DNA from: an uncultured delta proteobacterium
GTDB lineage: Bacteria > Desulfobacterota > Desulfobaccia > Desulfobaccales > 0-14-0-80-60-11
Reading direction: 5' to 3'
Assembly (NCBI GenBank): GCA_963812015.1
Contig: CAWETI010000002.1
Location: 544,001 to 608,000 of the forward strand
Length of the DNA stretch: 64,000 nt
In this document: piece after piece, positions 9,348-19,236 of the stretch
Position numbering within the stretch: the first letter of the stretch is position 1
Layout: each line of letters opens with the position of its first letter
The notes under the pieces: generated by a model
Seen by the model: the letters and a program-made list of their open reading frames with translations, nothing else
Databases searched by the model: none
Told to the model about the DNA's origin: nothing
Program-made: the position numbers and the translations under genes

Positions 9348-10781
9348 TTACCGGGAAGGCGCCTCCTCCAACCGGTCAATGAGCCCTTCCATGTGCATGC
9401 TCCGGGAGCCTTTCACCAGGAGCCAGTCCCCGGGGACCAGGAGTTCCTGTAAAATCCGGGCGGCGTCAATCCGGCGCTCCACCGGAAAGATGCGGTTCGG
9501 GGCGAGGCCCGCTTCCCGGGCGCCTTCGGCCACCTCCTGGCGAAAACTGCCATAAAACACCAACAGGTCCAAGCCCAGGCGGCCGGCCAGCCGACCCAGC
9601 TCCCGGTGGTCGGACGCGGCCCCAACGCCCAACTCCAGCATGTCCCCCAGGGCCGCGGCGGCCCGGCCGTGGTCCTTGAGTTCCATCAGGGTCCCCAGCG
9701 CCATGGCCATGGAGCCGGGATTGGCGTTGTAGCAATCATTGATGAGGTGCACCCCGGAGTCCAGGGTGATGACCTGGGAGCGCCGATGAATGGCGCGAAA
9801 CTGTTCCAGGGCGGCGGCGGTCTCTCCGGGGGCCAGCCCCAGACAGAGGCCCACGGCGGTGGCGGCCAGGGCATTATAGAGCATGTGCAGCCCCGGGGCG
9901 GGGAGGCTCAGGGGCCAAACCTGGCCCTCATAGGAGAGGCTGGCGGTCTGGCCGTCCCGTCCCTGGGTCTGCCTATCCTTCGCCCGGAGGCGGGCCGCGG
10001 CGTTGAGGCCGAAACCCAGCTTAGGGCCGCGGAAATCCTGGGCCAGGCGGGCCACCCAGGGGTCATCGGCATTGTAAATCAGGCGGGCGCCATGATCCAG
10101 GGCCCGGATCAGCTCCCCCTTGGCCCGGGCCACCCCGGCGATATCCCCCACGCCTTCGGTGTGGGCCGGATGGACGTTGGTGAGCACGCCGATGGTGGGT
10201 GAGGCGATCCGGGTGAGGCGGTGGATTTCGCCAAAGGCGTTCATGCCCATCTCCACCACCGCGGCTTCGTGGGTCCCCTCCAACCCCAGGAGGGTGAGGG
10301 GCATGCCGATGAGGTTGTTGAGGTTCAGCCGGTTTTTCAAGACCCGGAAGGCCGGCGAAAGCGCCGCGGCGATCATCTCCTTGGTGGTGGTCTTGCCGCA
10401 ACTGCCGGTGATGCCCACCACCGGCACCGAAAAGCGGGCCCGCCAGGCCTGGGCCAGATCCCCCAGGGCGGTCAGGGCGTCCCGCACCGCGATGACGGTC
10501 ACTTCGGCGGGGACTGTAGGGGCGGGTTTTAAACCCGCCCCTACACCGGCAGGCCTCAATATTCTTTTCTCAACTAAAACCCCCCGGACGCCCCGGCGCA
10601 GGGCGGCGGGGATGAATTCATGGCCGTCGTGGCGCTCCCCGGTGAGGGGGATGAACAGCTCCCCGGTCTGGCAGGTGCGGGAGTCGGTGCTGATGCCGCA
10701 AAAGGCGTTCCAGGCCCCCGATTGCACCAGGGCGCCGCCGGTGGCGGCCAGAATCTCCGGGGTGGTAAAGGTGGCCCGCAT
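9348..10781 (-). CDS. murF: UDP-MurNAc-tripeptide--D-Ala-D-Ala ligase, with an in-frame REP insertion
   Basis: ISTDSR, GITGSCGKTTTKE, EMGMN, DCYNANP, GDMLELG and VKGSR motifs. Confidence 0.96.
   Translation of the reverse strand: MRATFTTPEILAATGGALVQSGAWNAFCGISTDSRTCQTGELFIPLTGERHDGHEFIPAALRRGVRGVLVEKRILRPAGVGAGLKPAPTVPAEVTVIAVRDALTALGDLAQAWRARFSVPVVGITGSCGKTTTKEMIAAALSPAFRVLKNRLNLNNLIGMPLTLLGLEGTHEAAVVEMGMNAFGEIHRLTRIASPTIGVLTNVHPAHTEGVGDIAGVARAKGELIRALDHGARLIYNADDPWVARLAQDFRGPKLGFGLNAAARLRAKDRQTQGRDGQTASLSYEGQVWPLSLPAPGLHMLYNALAATAVGLCLGLAPGETAAALEQFRAIHRRSQVITLDSGVHLINDCYNANPGSMAMALGTLMELKDHGRAAAALGDMLELGVGAASDHRELGRLAGRLGLDLLVFYGSFRQEVAEGAREAGLAPNRIFPVERRIDAARILQELLVPGDWLLVKGSRSMHMEGLIDRLEEAPSR
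10515..10545. repeat. GTAG-REP palindrome, family B, inside murF
   Basis: TGTAGGGGCGGGTTT-T-AAACCCGCCCCTACA with perfect 15-bp arms; 28/29 identical to 46584-46612. Confidence 0.9.
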
Positions 10782-12319
10782 CAGCCGTGGTACTCCTTGA
10801 GGGCCCGCGCCACTTCCTCTCGATCGTCGAAGTGGCGGCGCTCGGCGCCCCAGATCTGATAGTTTTCATGGCCCTTGCCGGCCACCAGCACGGCCTCGCC
10901 GGGGCGGGCCAGGGACACGGCCAGGCGGATGGCCTCCCGGCGATCGGGGACCACCAGGTAGCCCGCCTCGCCTCTTTGGGCCTCGGCCGCGGTGAGGCGG
11001 GGCAGACCGCTGGTCTCCAAGCCGGGCTCGATCTCCCGGATAATGGCCAGGGGGTCTTCGGTGCGGGGATTGTCGCTGGTAACGATAACCAGTTGGGACT
11101 TCTCCGCCGCCACCTGACCCATGAGAGGCCGCTTGGTGCGGTCCCGGTCGCCGCCACAGCCGAACACCGTGATCAGCCGGGAAAAATTAAGGGTCTCTAA
11201 GGCCGCCAGGGCCTGGGTGATGGCCGCCGGGGTGTGGGCATAATCCACGAACACCCCGGGACCCTCGGGGGGGGCGAAGCGCTCCAGGCGGCCCGGCACG
11301 CCGGGCAGGGAGGCGATGCCCCGGGCCACCGCCTCCGGGTCGATCCCCAGGCCCAGTGCGGTGGCGGCGGCCGCCAGGATATTGGCCAGGTTGAAGGGCC
11401 CCACCAGGCGAGAGGTGATCTTAACTTCCCCTGCGGGCGTGGTCAGGGTGGCCTCCAGGCCGTCATGGCGGAAATGCACGGTGCGGGGCCGGACCTGGCT
11501 GTCCGGATGGACGCCATAGGTGAGCACCGGCACTGGGACGGCATCTTTAAGATCAAGTCCCCGGGGGTCGTCCAGATTGAGAACTGACAGCCCCCGGGAG
11601 CCGCAGCCGTTGGCCAGGATTTCCAAAAAGAGCCGGGCTTTGGCGGCAAAATACTCGTCCAGGTTCCGGTGGTAGTCCAGGTGATCCTGGGAGAGGTTGG
11701 TGAAGACGCCGGCGTCGAAGGCGGCGCAATCCACCCGCCTTAAATCCAGGGCATGGGAGGAAACCTCCAAGAAGACGTGGGTGACGCCCCGGGTGCGCAT
11801 CTCCCGGAGGAGGCGCTGGAGGTCCAGGGACTCGGGGGTGGTCACCGGGGCCGGCCAGGTCTGATCACCCACCCGGTAATTCACCGTGCCCACCACCCCC
11901 ACCCGGTAGCCGGCGGCGCCCAGGATGGCTTCCAAAAGATAGGTGGTGCTGGTCTTGCCGTTGGTGCCGGTAATCCCCACCAGGGTCAGCTCCCGGCTGG
12001 GATGGTCATAAAAGGCGGCGCTGATATGGGCCAGGGCCAGCCGGGCCTGTTCCACCCGGACGACCGTAACCCCCGGGGGCGGGGCCAACTCCTGCTCGGT
12101 GACCACCACCCGGGCCCCCTGGGCCAGAGACGCGTCCAGATAGAGGTGGCCGTCGGTGCGGCAGCCTTGCAAAGCCACGAAGAGCCCGCCGGGGACGACC
12201 TCGCCGGAATGGTAGGCCACGCCGGTCACCGGCACGTCAACCTCGCCCAGCACCTGGCAGCCGGCCAGCCCGTCAAGGAGCTCTCTCAATGTCTTGGGGG
12301 TCACCATATCTCGCGTCAC
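10781..12319 (-). CDS. murE: UDP-MurNAc-dipeptide--meso-DAP ligase
   Basis: GITGTNGKT, EVSSHAL, DHLDYH, VDYAHTP, DNPR (mDAP specificity) and AGKGHE motifs. Confidence 0.97.
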   Translation of the reverse strand: MTRDMVTPKTLRELLDGLAGCQVLGEVDVPVTGVAYHSGEVVPGGLFVALQGCRTDGHLYLDASLAQGARVVVTEQELAPPPGVTVVRVEQARLALAHISAAFYDHPSRELTLVGITGTNGKTSTTYLLEAILGAAGYRVGVVGTVNYRVGDQTWPAPVTTPESLDLQRLLREMRTRGVTHVFLEVSSHALDLRRVDCAAFDAGVFTNLSQDHLDYHRNLDEYFAAKARLFLEILANGCGSRGLSVLNLDDPRGLDLKDAVPVPVLTYGVHPDSQVRPRTVHFRHDGLEATLTTPAGEVKITSRLVGPFNLANILAAAATALGLGIDPEAVARGIASLPGVPGRLERFAPPEGPGVFVDYAHTPAAITQALAALETLNFSRLITVFGCGGDRDRTKRPLMGQVAAEKSQLVIVTSDNPRTEDPLAIIREIEPGLETSGLPRLTAAEAQRGEAGYLVVPDRREAIRLAVSLARPGEAVLVAGKGHENYQIWGAERRHFDDREEVARALKEYHG

Positions 12320-12632
12320 CGGGATGTTCCACCTGACCCATCGGGATTATGCATAACAGCAGCAAAGGCTTTGCTTACTGCGTTTGGGGAGTCTTTCCCC
12401 CTCTCCCCGCCTCTGAGGACGATGCCGGGCTGGGAATAAACTCAGAAAATTAACCTTGAATAATTACGGAACCGGATTGATTATCAATCAGCAAAGAAGG
12501 GCAGGCACAGAGGCCTACCCTTGTCATTGCCGTCAAGTTGTGACTGGCGCCCGCTCGCTATCAAGACTCACCGCCTGATTCATTAATAGTATAAAAACTC
12601 ATGAAACTTGGCAAGGACCAATGCCGGCCCGT

Positions 12633-14675
12633 TCAGGCGCCGGACTTGAATTTGACCACGCAGGTGGCGCCGGGGGTGATGGTGGTCCCGGGCGCCGGCT
12701 CTTGGCTGACGGCCATGCCGCTGCCTTCGAAGCGGCAGTGCAGGCCCGAAGGATTCAACAGATTGAGAACCTGGCGGATGGTGTACCCCCGCAGATCAGG
12801 CATGACGGTCAGAGGCCCCTGGGAAATCTCCGGTTTGGCGGGAGTAACCTTGACCTCCGGGTTGGTGGCGGCGATGGCCGGGGTGGACAGGAGGCTCGCC
12901 AGTACCGGCTCGTTTTTGTCTTTGGGAGGTTCCTTGGGATAATAGCCCAAAACCCGCAGGGATTGGGCGGCGATCTCCCGGAAGATGGGGGCCGCCACTA
13001 CCCCCCCGAAGATGGCCCCTTTGGGTTCGTCCACGACGACCGAGATGGCCAGGACTGGATTTTCGGCCGGGATCAGGCCGATGAACAGGGCGTTAAATTT
13101 GCTGTGGGAATAGGCCCGGCCGATCAATTTCTGGGCGGTGCCGGTCTTGCCGGCCACCGTGAACCCGGGCGGCGCCGCTTCCTTGGCGGTGCCGCCGGTT
13201 TGGGTCACCGTCTCCATGATCGCCAGCATCTGGCTGGCGGTTTGCTGGGAGAGGACCCGCCGGATCGGGTTAGGTGGATACTCTTTAACTATTTCCCCCT
13301 GGGGACTGACGACCTCCTTGACCAGATGGGGCTCCATAAGCACGCCGCCGTTGCCCATGGCCGCCAGGGCCATGGTCATTTGGAGCAGCGTCACCGACAC
13401 GCCCTGGCCGAACGCCACGGTGGTCCGGTCGATGAGGGAGCGGGTATGGAGCAGGTTTTTCACCAATCCGGCAGTCTCCCCGGGAAAAAGGATATCGGTG
13501 CGGCGGCCGTAGCCAAAGTCACGGAGATAGTGATCCAGGCGCTTCGGGCCCACCTTGGCGGCGATTTTGGCGGCGCCGATGTTGCTAGATTTCTGAATGA
13601 CCTGCTGCACCGTCAGGGTGCCATAAGGATGGACATCGTGAATCACCTCTGTGGCTCCCAGGTGCCAGACGCCGTTTTCGCAATGTAACTTATCCGTGGG
13701 CTTGACCACCTGGGCGTCCAGGGCGGCGGCGGCCACGAAGATTTTGAAGGTGGACCCCGGCTCCAGGCAATCGGTCACTATGCGGTTGCGCCGGCCCGAT
13801 TCCGGGCATTGGGCATAACGGTTGGGATCCATGGACGGGGTCTGGGCCATGGCCAGGATTTCCCCGGTTTGGGGCCGCATCACCAGGGCCAGGCCCCCGG
13901 CGGCATGGTATTTTTCCACCCCACTGGCCAGTTCCTTTTCGGCGATATACTGAAGGGTGCGGTCCAGGGTGAGGACCACGTTGTTGCCCATGACCTCGGG
14001 ATCCCAGGCCTTTTCCCCGGAGACGACGATGTGGCCCTTGGCGTCGGTCATATTAAAGCACTTCTTGGGCTTGCCGTAGAGCTGGTTATCAAACTGGATT
14101 TCCAGGCCTTCCAGACCCTGACCATCGATGTTGCAGAACCCCAGGATCTGGCCGGCCAGGGTCATCTGGGGATAGTAGCGCTTGGCCTCGGGGACCAGGT
14201 AAATGGCGTCCAGGTCGGTGCGGCCGGTGATCTTGGCCGCCCGGGCCTGGTTTTCTTCAGCGGCCGCCCAGGCCCGGAACGCCTCTTCGCGCTCGGGGGT
14301 GAGATGGCGTTTCACAAAGATAAAGGGACGGGGCCGAGTGAGGAACTCTTTCAAGTCCCGGGGGTTAAACCCCAAGATGGGGGCGAGTTCCCGGGTCAGG
14401 CGGGTGGCTTGCTTGATCTGGCTGGGATGGGCCACCACGGAGGCGACCCGGGTGCTGACGGCCAGTTCGGTGCCGTTGCGGTCCAGGATCATGCCCCGTA
14501 CCGGCAGGATGGGGCAGAATTTCTGGACCTCCCGGGTGGCTTCTTCCCGGAGTTCCGGACCCCGAATGGCCTGGAGGTAAAAAAACCTGCCGCAGACCCA
14601 CAGGCCGAAGGCGAACAGCGCCAGGGCCACCAGGCCGATGCGCAGCCGGACCCATTTGCCGACCGCAGGATTCAC
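12633..14675 (-). CDS. ftsI: Division transpeptidase PBP3 with C-terminal PASTA domain
   Basis: N-terminal TM, RGMILDRNG, PGSTFK (SxxK), SSN, GKTGTAQK, and PASTA-like MPDLRG...SQEP. Confidence 0.95.
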   Translation of the reverse strand: MNPAVGKWVRLRIGLVALALFAFGLWVCGRFFYLQAIRGPELREEATREVQKFCPILPVRGMILDRNGTELAVSTRVASVVAHPSQIKQATRLTRELAPILGFNPRDLKEFLTRPRPFIFVKRHLTPEREEAFRAWAAAEENQARAAKITGRTDLDAIYLVPEAKRYYPQMTLAGQILGFCNIDGQGLEGLEIQFDNQLYGKPKKCFNMTDAKGHIVVSGEKAWDPEVMGNNVVLTLDRTLQYIAEKELASGVEKYHAAGGLALVMRPQTGEILAMAQTPSMDPNRYAQCPESGRRNRIVTDCLEPGSTFKIFVAAAALDAQVVKPTDKLHCENGVWHLGATEVIHDVHPYGTLTVQQVIQKSSNIGAAKIAAKVGPKRLDHYLRDFGYGRRTDILFPGETAGLVKNLLHTRSLIDRTTVAFGQGVSVTLLQMTMALAAMGNGGVLMEPHLVKEVVSPQGEIVKEYPPNPIRRVLSQQTASQMLAIMETVTQTGGTAKEAAPPGFTVAGKTGTAQKLIGRAYSHSKFNALFIGLIPAENPVLAISVVVDEPKGAIFGGVVAAPIFREIAAQSLRVLGYYPKEPPKDKNEPVLASLLSTPAIAATNPEVKVTPAKPEISQGPLTVMPDLRGYTIRQVLNLLNPSGLHCRFEGSGMAVSQEPAPGTTITPGATCVVKFKSGA

Positions 14676-15022
14676 GGGAGATTCACGACCTGGGTGGGCT
14701 GGGGAGCCCCCATGTCATACTCGGCTGCCAGTTGCTCCAAACGGTGGATGGAGGTGAGGCAGGCCAGTTCAATCCGGAGCTTGCGGTTCAGATCCAGATG
14801 CTGCTTCTGCGTCTCCTGGGACTGGGCAATCTGGTAGCTCTGGGTGATGTACTGCAAGTCGGCCCAGGCCAGGAACAGGGAGGTGAAGAAGACCCCGGCA
14901 GTAGCCAGGACCACCACGGTCACCACGATTTTGCTCCAGCGCCAGGGGCGGCCGACCTTGCGGTTCTTGGAAATGAACACCTGCCCGGCGGCAGCCAATC
15001 GGAGGGTCAGATTGTTAGGCAT
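14672..15022 (-). CDS. ftsL: Cell division protein FtsL
   Basis: TM helix plus coiled coil (LNRKLRIELACLTSIHRLEQLA), between rsmH and ftsI. Start placed at MPNN. Confidence 0.8.
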   Translation of the reverse strand: MPNNLTLRLAAAGQVFISKNRKVGRPWRWSKIVVTVVVLATAGVFFTSLFLAWADLQYITQSYQIAQSQETQKQHLDLNRKLRIELACLTSIHRLEQLAAEYDMGAPQPTQVVNLP

Positions 15023-15947
15023 CCCCCATACCTCCACAGTTAGTGGCCGTTTTCTCGGCAATACGCAGCTTGGCACTCCGGGCCCGGGGATTGGCGGCGA
15101 CTTCGGCCGGGGTCGGGGTGAGAGGTTTGCGGGTGAGGCGCACCATCACTCCGGCCCGCTCCCAGGCCATCAGGCGATGTTTGACCAGCCGGTCTTCCAG
15201 GGAGTGGTAGGAGATGACCACCAGGCGCCCCCCGGGCTCCAGCCAGGCTGGGGCGTGCTCCAGAAAAGTGGTCAGCTCTGCCAACTCCAGGTTCACGGCA
15301 ATCCGTAAGGCCTGGAAGACCCGGGTAGCTGGATGCAGTCTCCCCCTGCTTCCCCCGGGTCCCAGGGCCTGTTCTATGACTTTGACTAACTGCCGGGTAG
15401 TGTGGAAGGGATGCCGGCGCCGATCCTGCACCACCTGGCGGGCGATGCGCCGGGCTCGGGGCTCCTCGCCATATTCCCGGAAAATCCTTTCCAACTCTGC
15501 CTGGGGGGCGCGGTTTAACAACATGGCCGCGGTGGGCTGCGGCCCCTCAGGGTTAAAGCGCATGTCCAGAGGCTCATCCCCCTGGAAGGAGAAGCCCCGT
15601 TGAGATCCTTGCAACTGGAAAGTCGACAGGCCCAGGTCCAGCAGAATCCCCGCAACCCCGGGGAGCCGGGCCGATTCCAGCAGTTCCCCCAATTGGGCGT
15701 AAGAACGATGAAACAGGTGAAACTTGGAGGCGTGGTGAGCCAGCCGGGCGGCGGCCACCTGTAGGGCGTTTGGGTCCCGATCCAGGCCCCAGAGCTCCCC
15801 CTCCGGGCCGCTGTGGTCCAGAATGGCCGCGGCATGCCCCCCCTCACCCACGGTGCCATCCACATACAGGCGGCCGGACCGGCAGTTCAGGCCCACCAAC
15901 ACCTCCCCCACCATCACCGGAGCATGAACCGGATTGTGGTCTGTGAT
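15015..15947 (-). CDS. rsmH: 16S rRNA m4C1402 methyltransferase (start uncertain: ATC at 15947 or GTG at 15917)
   Basis: HAPVMVGEV, VDGTVGEGGHA, LDLGLS, PLDMR, FQALRIAVN, SYHSLEDR and NPRARSAKLR motifs. Confidence 0.95.
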   Translation of the reverse strand: MTDHNPVHAPVMVGEVLVGLNCRSGRLYVDGTVGEGGHAAAILDHSGPEGELWGLDRDPNALQVAAARLAHHASKFHLFHRSYAQLGELLESARLPGVAGILLDLGLSTFQLQGSQRGFSFQGDEPLDMRFNPEGPQPTAAMLLNRAPQAELERIFREYGEEPRARRIARQVVQDRRRHPFHTTRQLVKVIEQALGPGGSRGRLHPATRVFQALRIAVNLELAELTTFLEHAPAWLEPGGRLVVISYHSLEDRLVKHRLMAWERAGVMVRLTRKPLTPTPAEVAANPRARSAKLRIAEKTATNCGGMGDA

Positions 15948-16381
15948 TAGATTAGCAATTCGTGCAACATCCCTTCATCGATGGATTCTTCCAACTCTTT
16001 ACGATGGGACTCAAAGGTGGCGCGGTCCCAAATTTCAAAGCAACGGATGGCCCCCACCAGGCAGACTTCCCGGCTGAGGCTGGCATAATCCCTCAGGTTG
16101 GGGGGCACCAGGATGCGGCCCTGGCGATCCAGGACGCATTCCTCGACCCCGGAAATCAGGAACCGCTGGAATGCCCTCAGGTCTTTGCGAAAGAGGGGCT
16201 GCTCGGCAAATTTGGCCTCGATTTTGCTCCATTCGGTTTGTGGGAAGGCCAGGACGTAACCGCCGAAATTAGTGAGGATGATCTGACGATCCTTGCGGTC
16301 CTTAAGGATCTCGCGGTAGCGGGACGGGATGCTGACCCGACCTTTGTTATCCATAGTATGGAAGTAGCTACCGGTGAACAT
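15947..16381 (-). CDS. mraZ: Transcriptional repressor MraZ
   Basis: Duplicated AbrB-like motifs DNKGRVSIP and DRQGRILVP; first gene of the dcw cluster. Confidence 0.97.
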   Translation of the reverse strand: MFTGSYFHTMDNKGRVSIPSRYREILKDRKDRQIILTNFGGYVLAFPQTEWSKIEAKFAEQPLFRKDLRAFQRFLISGVEECVLDRQGRILVPPNLRDYASLSREVCLVGAIRCFEIWDRATFESHRKELEESIDEGMLHELLI

Positions 16382-16384
16382 ATT

Positions 16385-16459
16385 CCCCCATTAATCCCCA
16401 CTCTATTCCACTTTTTCCCACATGGAGCTAAAATACGCCTTCCCTTAGGGCGATGTCAA
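16385..16459 (-). promoter_or_regulatory. dcw promoter with MraZ-binding direct repeats
   Basis: Minus strand has TTGACA (16459-16454), a TATTTT-like -10, then four 10-nt-periodic units GTGGGAAAAA GTGGAATAGA GTGGGGATTA ATGGGGGAAT, matching the known TGGG-type MraZ operator architecture. Confidence 0.8.
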
Positions 16460-16765
16460 GAAAAATAATCACAAAAAAAGCACTCCATCCCCGGGAAAAA
16501 TCTCCTGTGGGCCGCGTATTTTATAGGAGGGCGTGGGAAGGGGGATCGTGGACCCCTGTTTCAGGGATGCGGAGCCGGGCGCGGTGGCGCCGGCAATTAC
16601 GGAAGAGGTTGGCCTAATTGAATAGATTAGATAATAATATCAATGAGATATATAAATAAGTGGGAGGGTGGCCCAGGTTCACCCAGGCGGGGAGTGGACT
16701 GCGAAGTCACGGCTGGGGGCTGTCTTAAGAGCCCCGATGTGCTTGGGCATTTTTCCGGAGTTCTG

Positions 16766-17221
16766 TTAAAGGGTCGGCTCCAGACTGTCCAGATAGCTTT
16801 GCAAAATGAGGACCGCGGCCAGTTGATCCACCACCTGGCGCCGGCGTCGGCGGCTGACGTCCGCCTGAATCAGCAGCCGTTCGGCCGCCACGGTGGTGAG
16901 GCGTTCATCCCAAAAGATGACCTCTCCTCCCAGGGCCTCGCCCAGGGCCCCGGCGAACTCCTCGATTTCCGGGGCCGCGGCCCCCGGCTGACCGTTCATG
17001 TGGCGGGGCAGGCCCACCACAATCTGTTGCACGTTATAGTCTCGAGCCACCTGAAGGAGGTGGTCCAGGTCCGCCTCCCGGCCCCGGCGGACCCAAACTT
17101 CCAGCCCCTGGGCCGTGATTCCCAAAGGGTCGCTCACCGCCAGGCCGATGCGCTTAGCGCCCATATCCAGACCGAGAATGCGTCTGGCCTCGCGCTTGGG
17201 GAAAGACTGATCGGTTTCCAT
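16766..17221 (-). CDS. yqgF: YqgF/RuvX pre-16S rRNA nuclease
   Basis: ILGLDMGAKRIGLAVSD, VVGLP, WDERLTT and VDQLAAVLILQSYLD motifs. Confidence 0.95.
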   Translation of the reverse strand: METDQSFPKREARRILGLDMGAKRIGLAVSDPLGITAQGLEVWVRRGREADLDHLLQVARDYNVQQIVVGLPRHMNGQPGAAAPEIEEFAGALGEALGGEVIFWDERLTTVAAERLLIQADVSRRRRRQVVDQLAAVLILQSYLDSLEPTL

Positions 17222-17261
17222 AATAAGGTCTCAGACATCACTCATGCGTTGGATTGATGAC

Positions 17262-18512
17262 TCAGCCGCGCCCCGTCTCGGAGGCATGGTAGCCTGCCAT
17301 GATCCCCACCTGCACGTGAAAGAGCCAGTTGACCGGGGGGATGAGGAGGGAATCGTAGCTCAGGGAGTGGATAGCGAAGCCGAGCACAATGAGCACCCGG
17401 TACCACCCCAGGGTGGAGGATTCCGGTGAAGACCTCAATTTTCGACAATATCTTATTACAATGCCAATGACCAGGCCAAAATATAAGAGGGTCATCAACC
17501 CCCCCATCTCCACCAGGGCGGTAAGCGCCATATTATCGAAGGTGTGGATGCTGGCGACCACTTGAGGGAAATTATGGAGCGCCTGATCATGGAGTCGGTA
17601 ACCGGATAGATAGCGATTCTGGGTAAAAGAACGCAAGCCGATTCCCATGATCGGGCGGGTTTCCCAGATGTGCAGGGCAAAATTATATAACTCCAGGCGA
17701 TGCAGGATGCTCACATCATGAGGAATTTTCGGGTCCAGGCGGGCCACCTGGCGCCTGGCTTCCAGAGGCAGGATCAGGGCAATAGCCAAAAGCCCGGCTA
17801 AGATAAGGTAGCGGTGTCGACGGCCGTGGTAAATCATCCACCCCACCAGCATGGCGGCCAGGGCCAGCCAGGTCCCCCGCTTGTGGGTAAGAAAAATCAG
17901 GATAACGCCCGACAGGACCAACAGCCAGCCAAGGAGCTTGGTGGGGGAATGTTGCCCGAGGATCAGGCGCACCGGGCCGGAAGACAGGAGGAGTATCACG
18001 GTTCCCAAGGGGATCGGATGCGCGGTAAAGGTCTGGAAGATCCCCGGGCCATGGTTGCCTTGGACCAGATAAACGATAATTTCCACCAGGACAATAACGG
18101 CCAGAGCGCCGGCACAGGACCAGTCGAAGATTTGGCGTCGGCGTTGATCCGTTAATAATAACATCGAAGTCCATAGGGCGAATATCCCGGTAAGCAGAAA
18201 GCTGCGCATGGGAGATATGGAGTTGGCTAGGGAATCGCTGAAATACGTGTTGAGCACCCCGAGAATTAATATCGAGACTATCAGGATGATTTCCAGGCGA
18301 TGTTCTCTAGTGGTAACCACCTGCCAGGAATAAACCAACCATAACATCAGCCAGGGGAATAAATAAATAATGACTTTAGTCAAGCGACTAAAATAGTTGC
18401 CCAATACATTGGGGGACCATAAGAAGATAATGTAAGCTCCGGAGCCAAGTAGGCAATAAAGGGCGAGTTGATTGAGGCGAGTGGGAGTGATGATACCTGA
18501 AAAATATTTCAT
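17262..18512 (-). CDS. O-antigen ligase / Wzy_C family membrane protein
   Basis: Multi-TM; THKRGTWLAL, RLELY...PIMGIG, and HTFDNMALTALVEMG (HN-like motif). Confidence 0.75.
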   Translation of the reverse strand: MKYFSGIITPTRLNQLALYCLLGSGAYIIFLWSPNVLGNYFSRLTKVIIYLFPWLMLWLVYSWQVVTTREHRLEIILIVSILILGVLNTYFSDSLANSISPMRSFLLTGIFALWTSMLLLTDQRRRQIFDWSCAGALAVIVLVEIIVYLVQGNHGPGIFQTFTAHPIPLGTVILLLSSGPVRLILGQHSPTKLLGWLLVLSGVILIFLTHKRGTWLALAAMLVGWMIYHGRRHRYLILAGLLAIALILPLEARRQVARLDPKIPHDVSILHRLELYNFALHIWETRPIMGIGLRSFTQNRYLSGYRLHDQALHNFPQVVASIHTFDNMALTALVEMGGLMTLLYFGLVIGIVIRYCRKLRSSPESSTLGWYRVLIVLGFAIHSLSYDSLLIPPVNWLFHVQVGIMAGYHASETGRG

Positions 18513-18612
18513 AACCTTCTTAAACTATACTGTAATTGCTGCTCAGTATGAATAACGTATCATTTTGATAAGTTAAAAATAATCCGCTCGGCCGGTTTAC
18601 CATAATTCCCCT

Positions 18613-19236
18613 TTATTCATTGACTTGAGTCTCCCGCACCAATTTATTTAACTGGTCCGATAATTCATCCAGCCTGTCGTGGTATGCCTGCCAGCATGCC
18701 CGGTTCTCCTGGACTCGCTGCAACGTTTGGTCGATCTCCGACTTAGCTGGCGATGCTGCGCCGATATCCGCCCCTTGCAGCTCTAAAGACCGCTGCAGGG
18801 ATTTTAGCTGTGTGTCTATCAGGGGCAGCTTTCTGGCCACATACACCCGGGCTTTTTTGGCCGTCTGGAGCGTGGATTGCCAGGGTAACTCCGGCGTGAG
18901 CCGGACACTGGCGGCAGCCTGGGATGACGGTGAGAGGGATAATTTCCGCCCCGGTGGTGCCGCCGGAAGCTGGGCTCGATTTTCCCGCAGCGTTTTCAGT
19001 TTGTCAATTTCAGCCCGGAAAGATGTAAGCTCCTTTTTTACCTTTAAGCATTCCCCTTCGATCAAATGAAGCTTTTGTTCCTGGTATCGGCCGGGGAAGA
19101 AAAAGTTTTGCACTTCATAAACTTGGGACAACCCCAGGACAAAGACCAGGAGAAGCCCCATGGCGAGCAGCGCTTTCCCGCATCGAGAGCGATTAAGGTG
19201 TATGCCGGGCTGGTGGATTTTTTCCATTTTTTTCAT
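18613..19236 (-). CDS. Hypothetical membrane-anchored coiled-coil protein
   Basis: One N-terminal TM followed by heptad-rich helices; co-oriented with its neighbours. Confidence 0.6.
   Translation of the reverse strand: MKKMEKIHQPGIHLNRSRCGKALLAMGLLLVFVLGLSQVYEVQNFFFPGRYQEQKLHLIEGECLKVKKELTSFRAEIDKLKTLRENRAQLPAAPPGRKLSLSPSSQAAASVRLTPELPWQSTLQTAKKARVYVARKLPLIDTQLKSLQRSLELQGADIGAASPAKSEIDQTLQRVQENRACWQAYHDRLDELSDQLNKLVRETQVNE

Noticed and set aside
12538..12580. GTGACTGGCG as a ZMP/ZTP (pfl) riboswitch core
   Set aside because: The following stem and pseudoknot partner are missing, it lies antisense to the operon, and no purine or folate gene is downstream.
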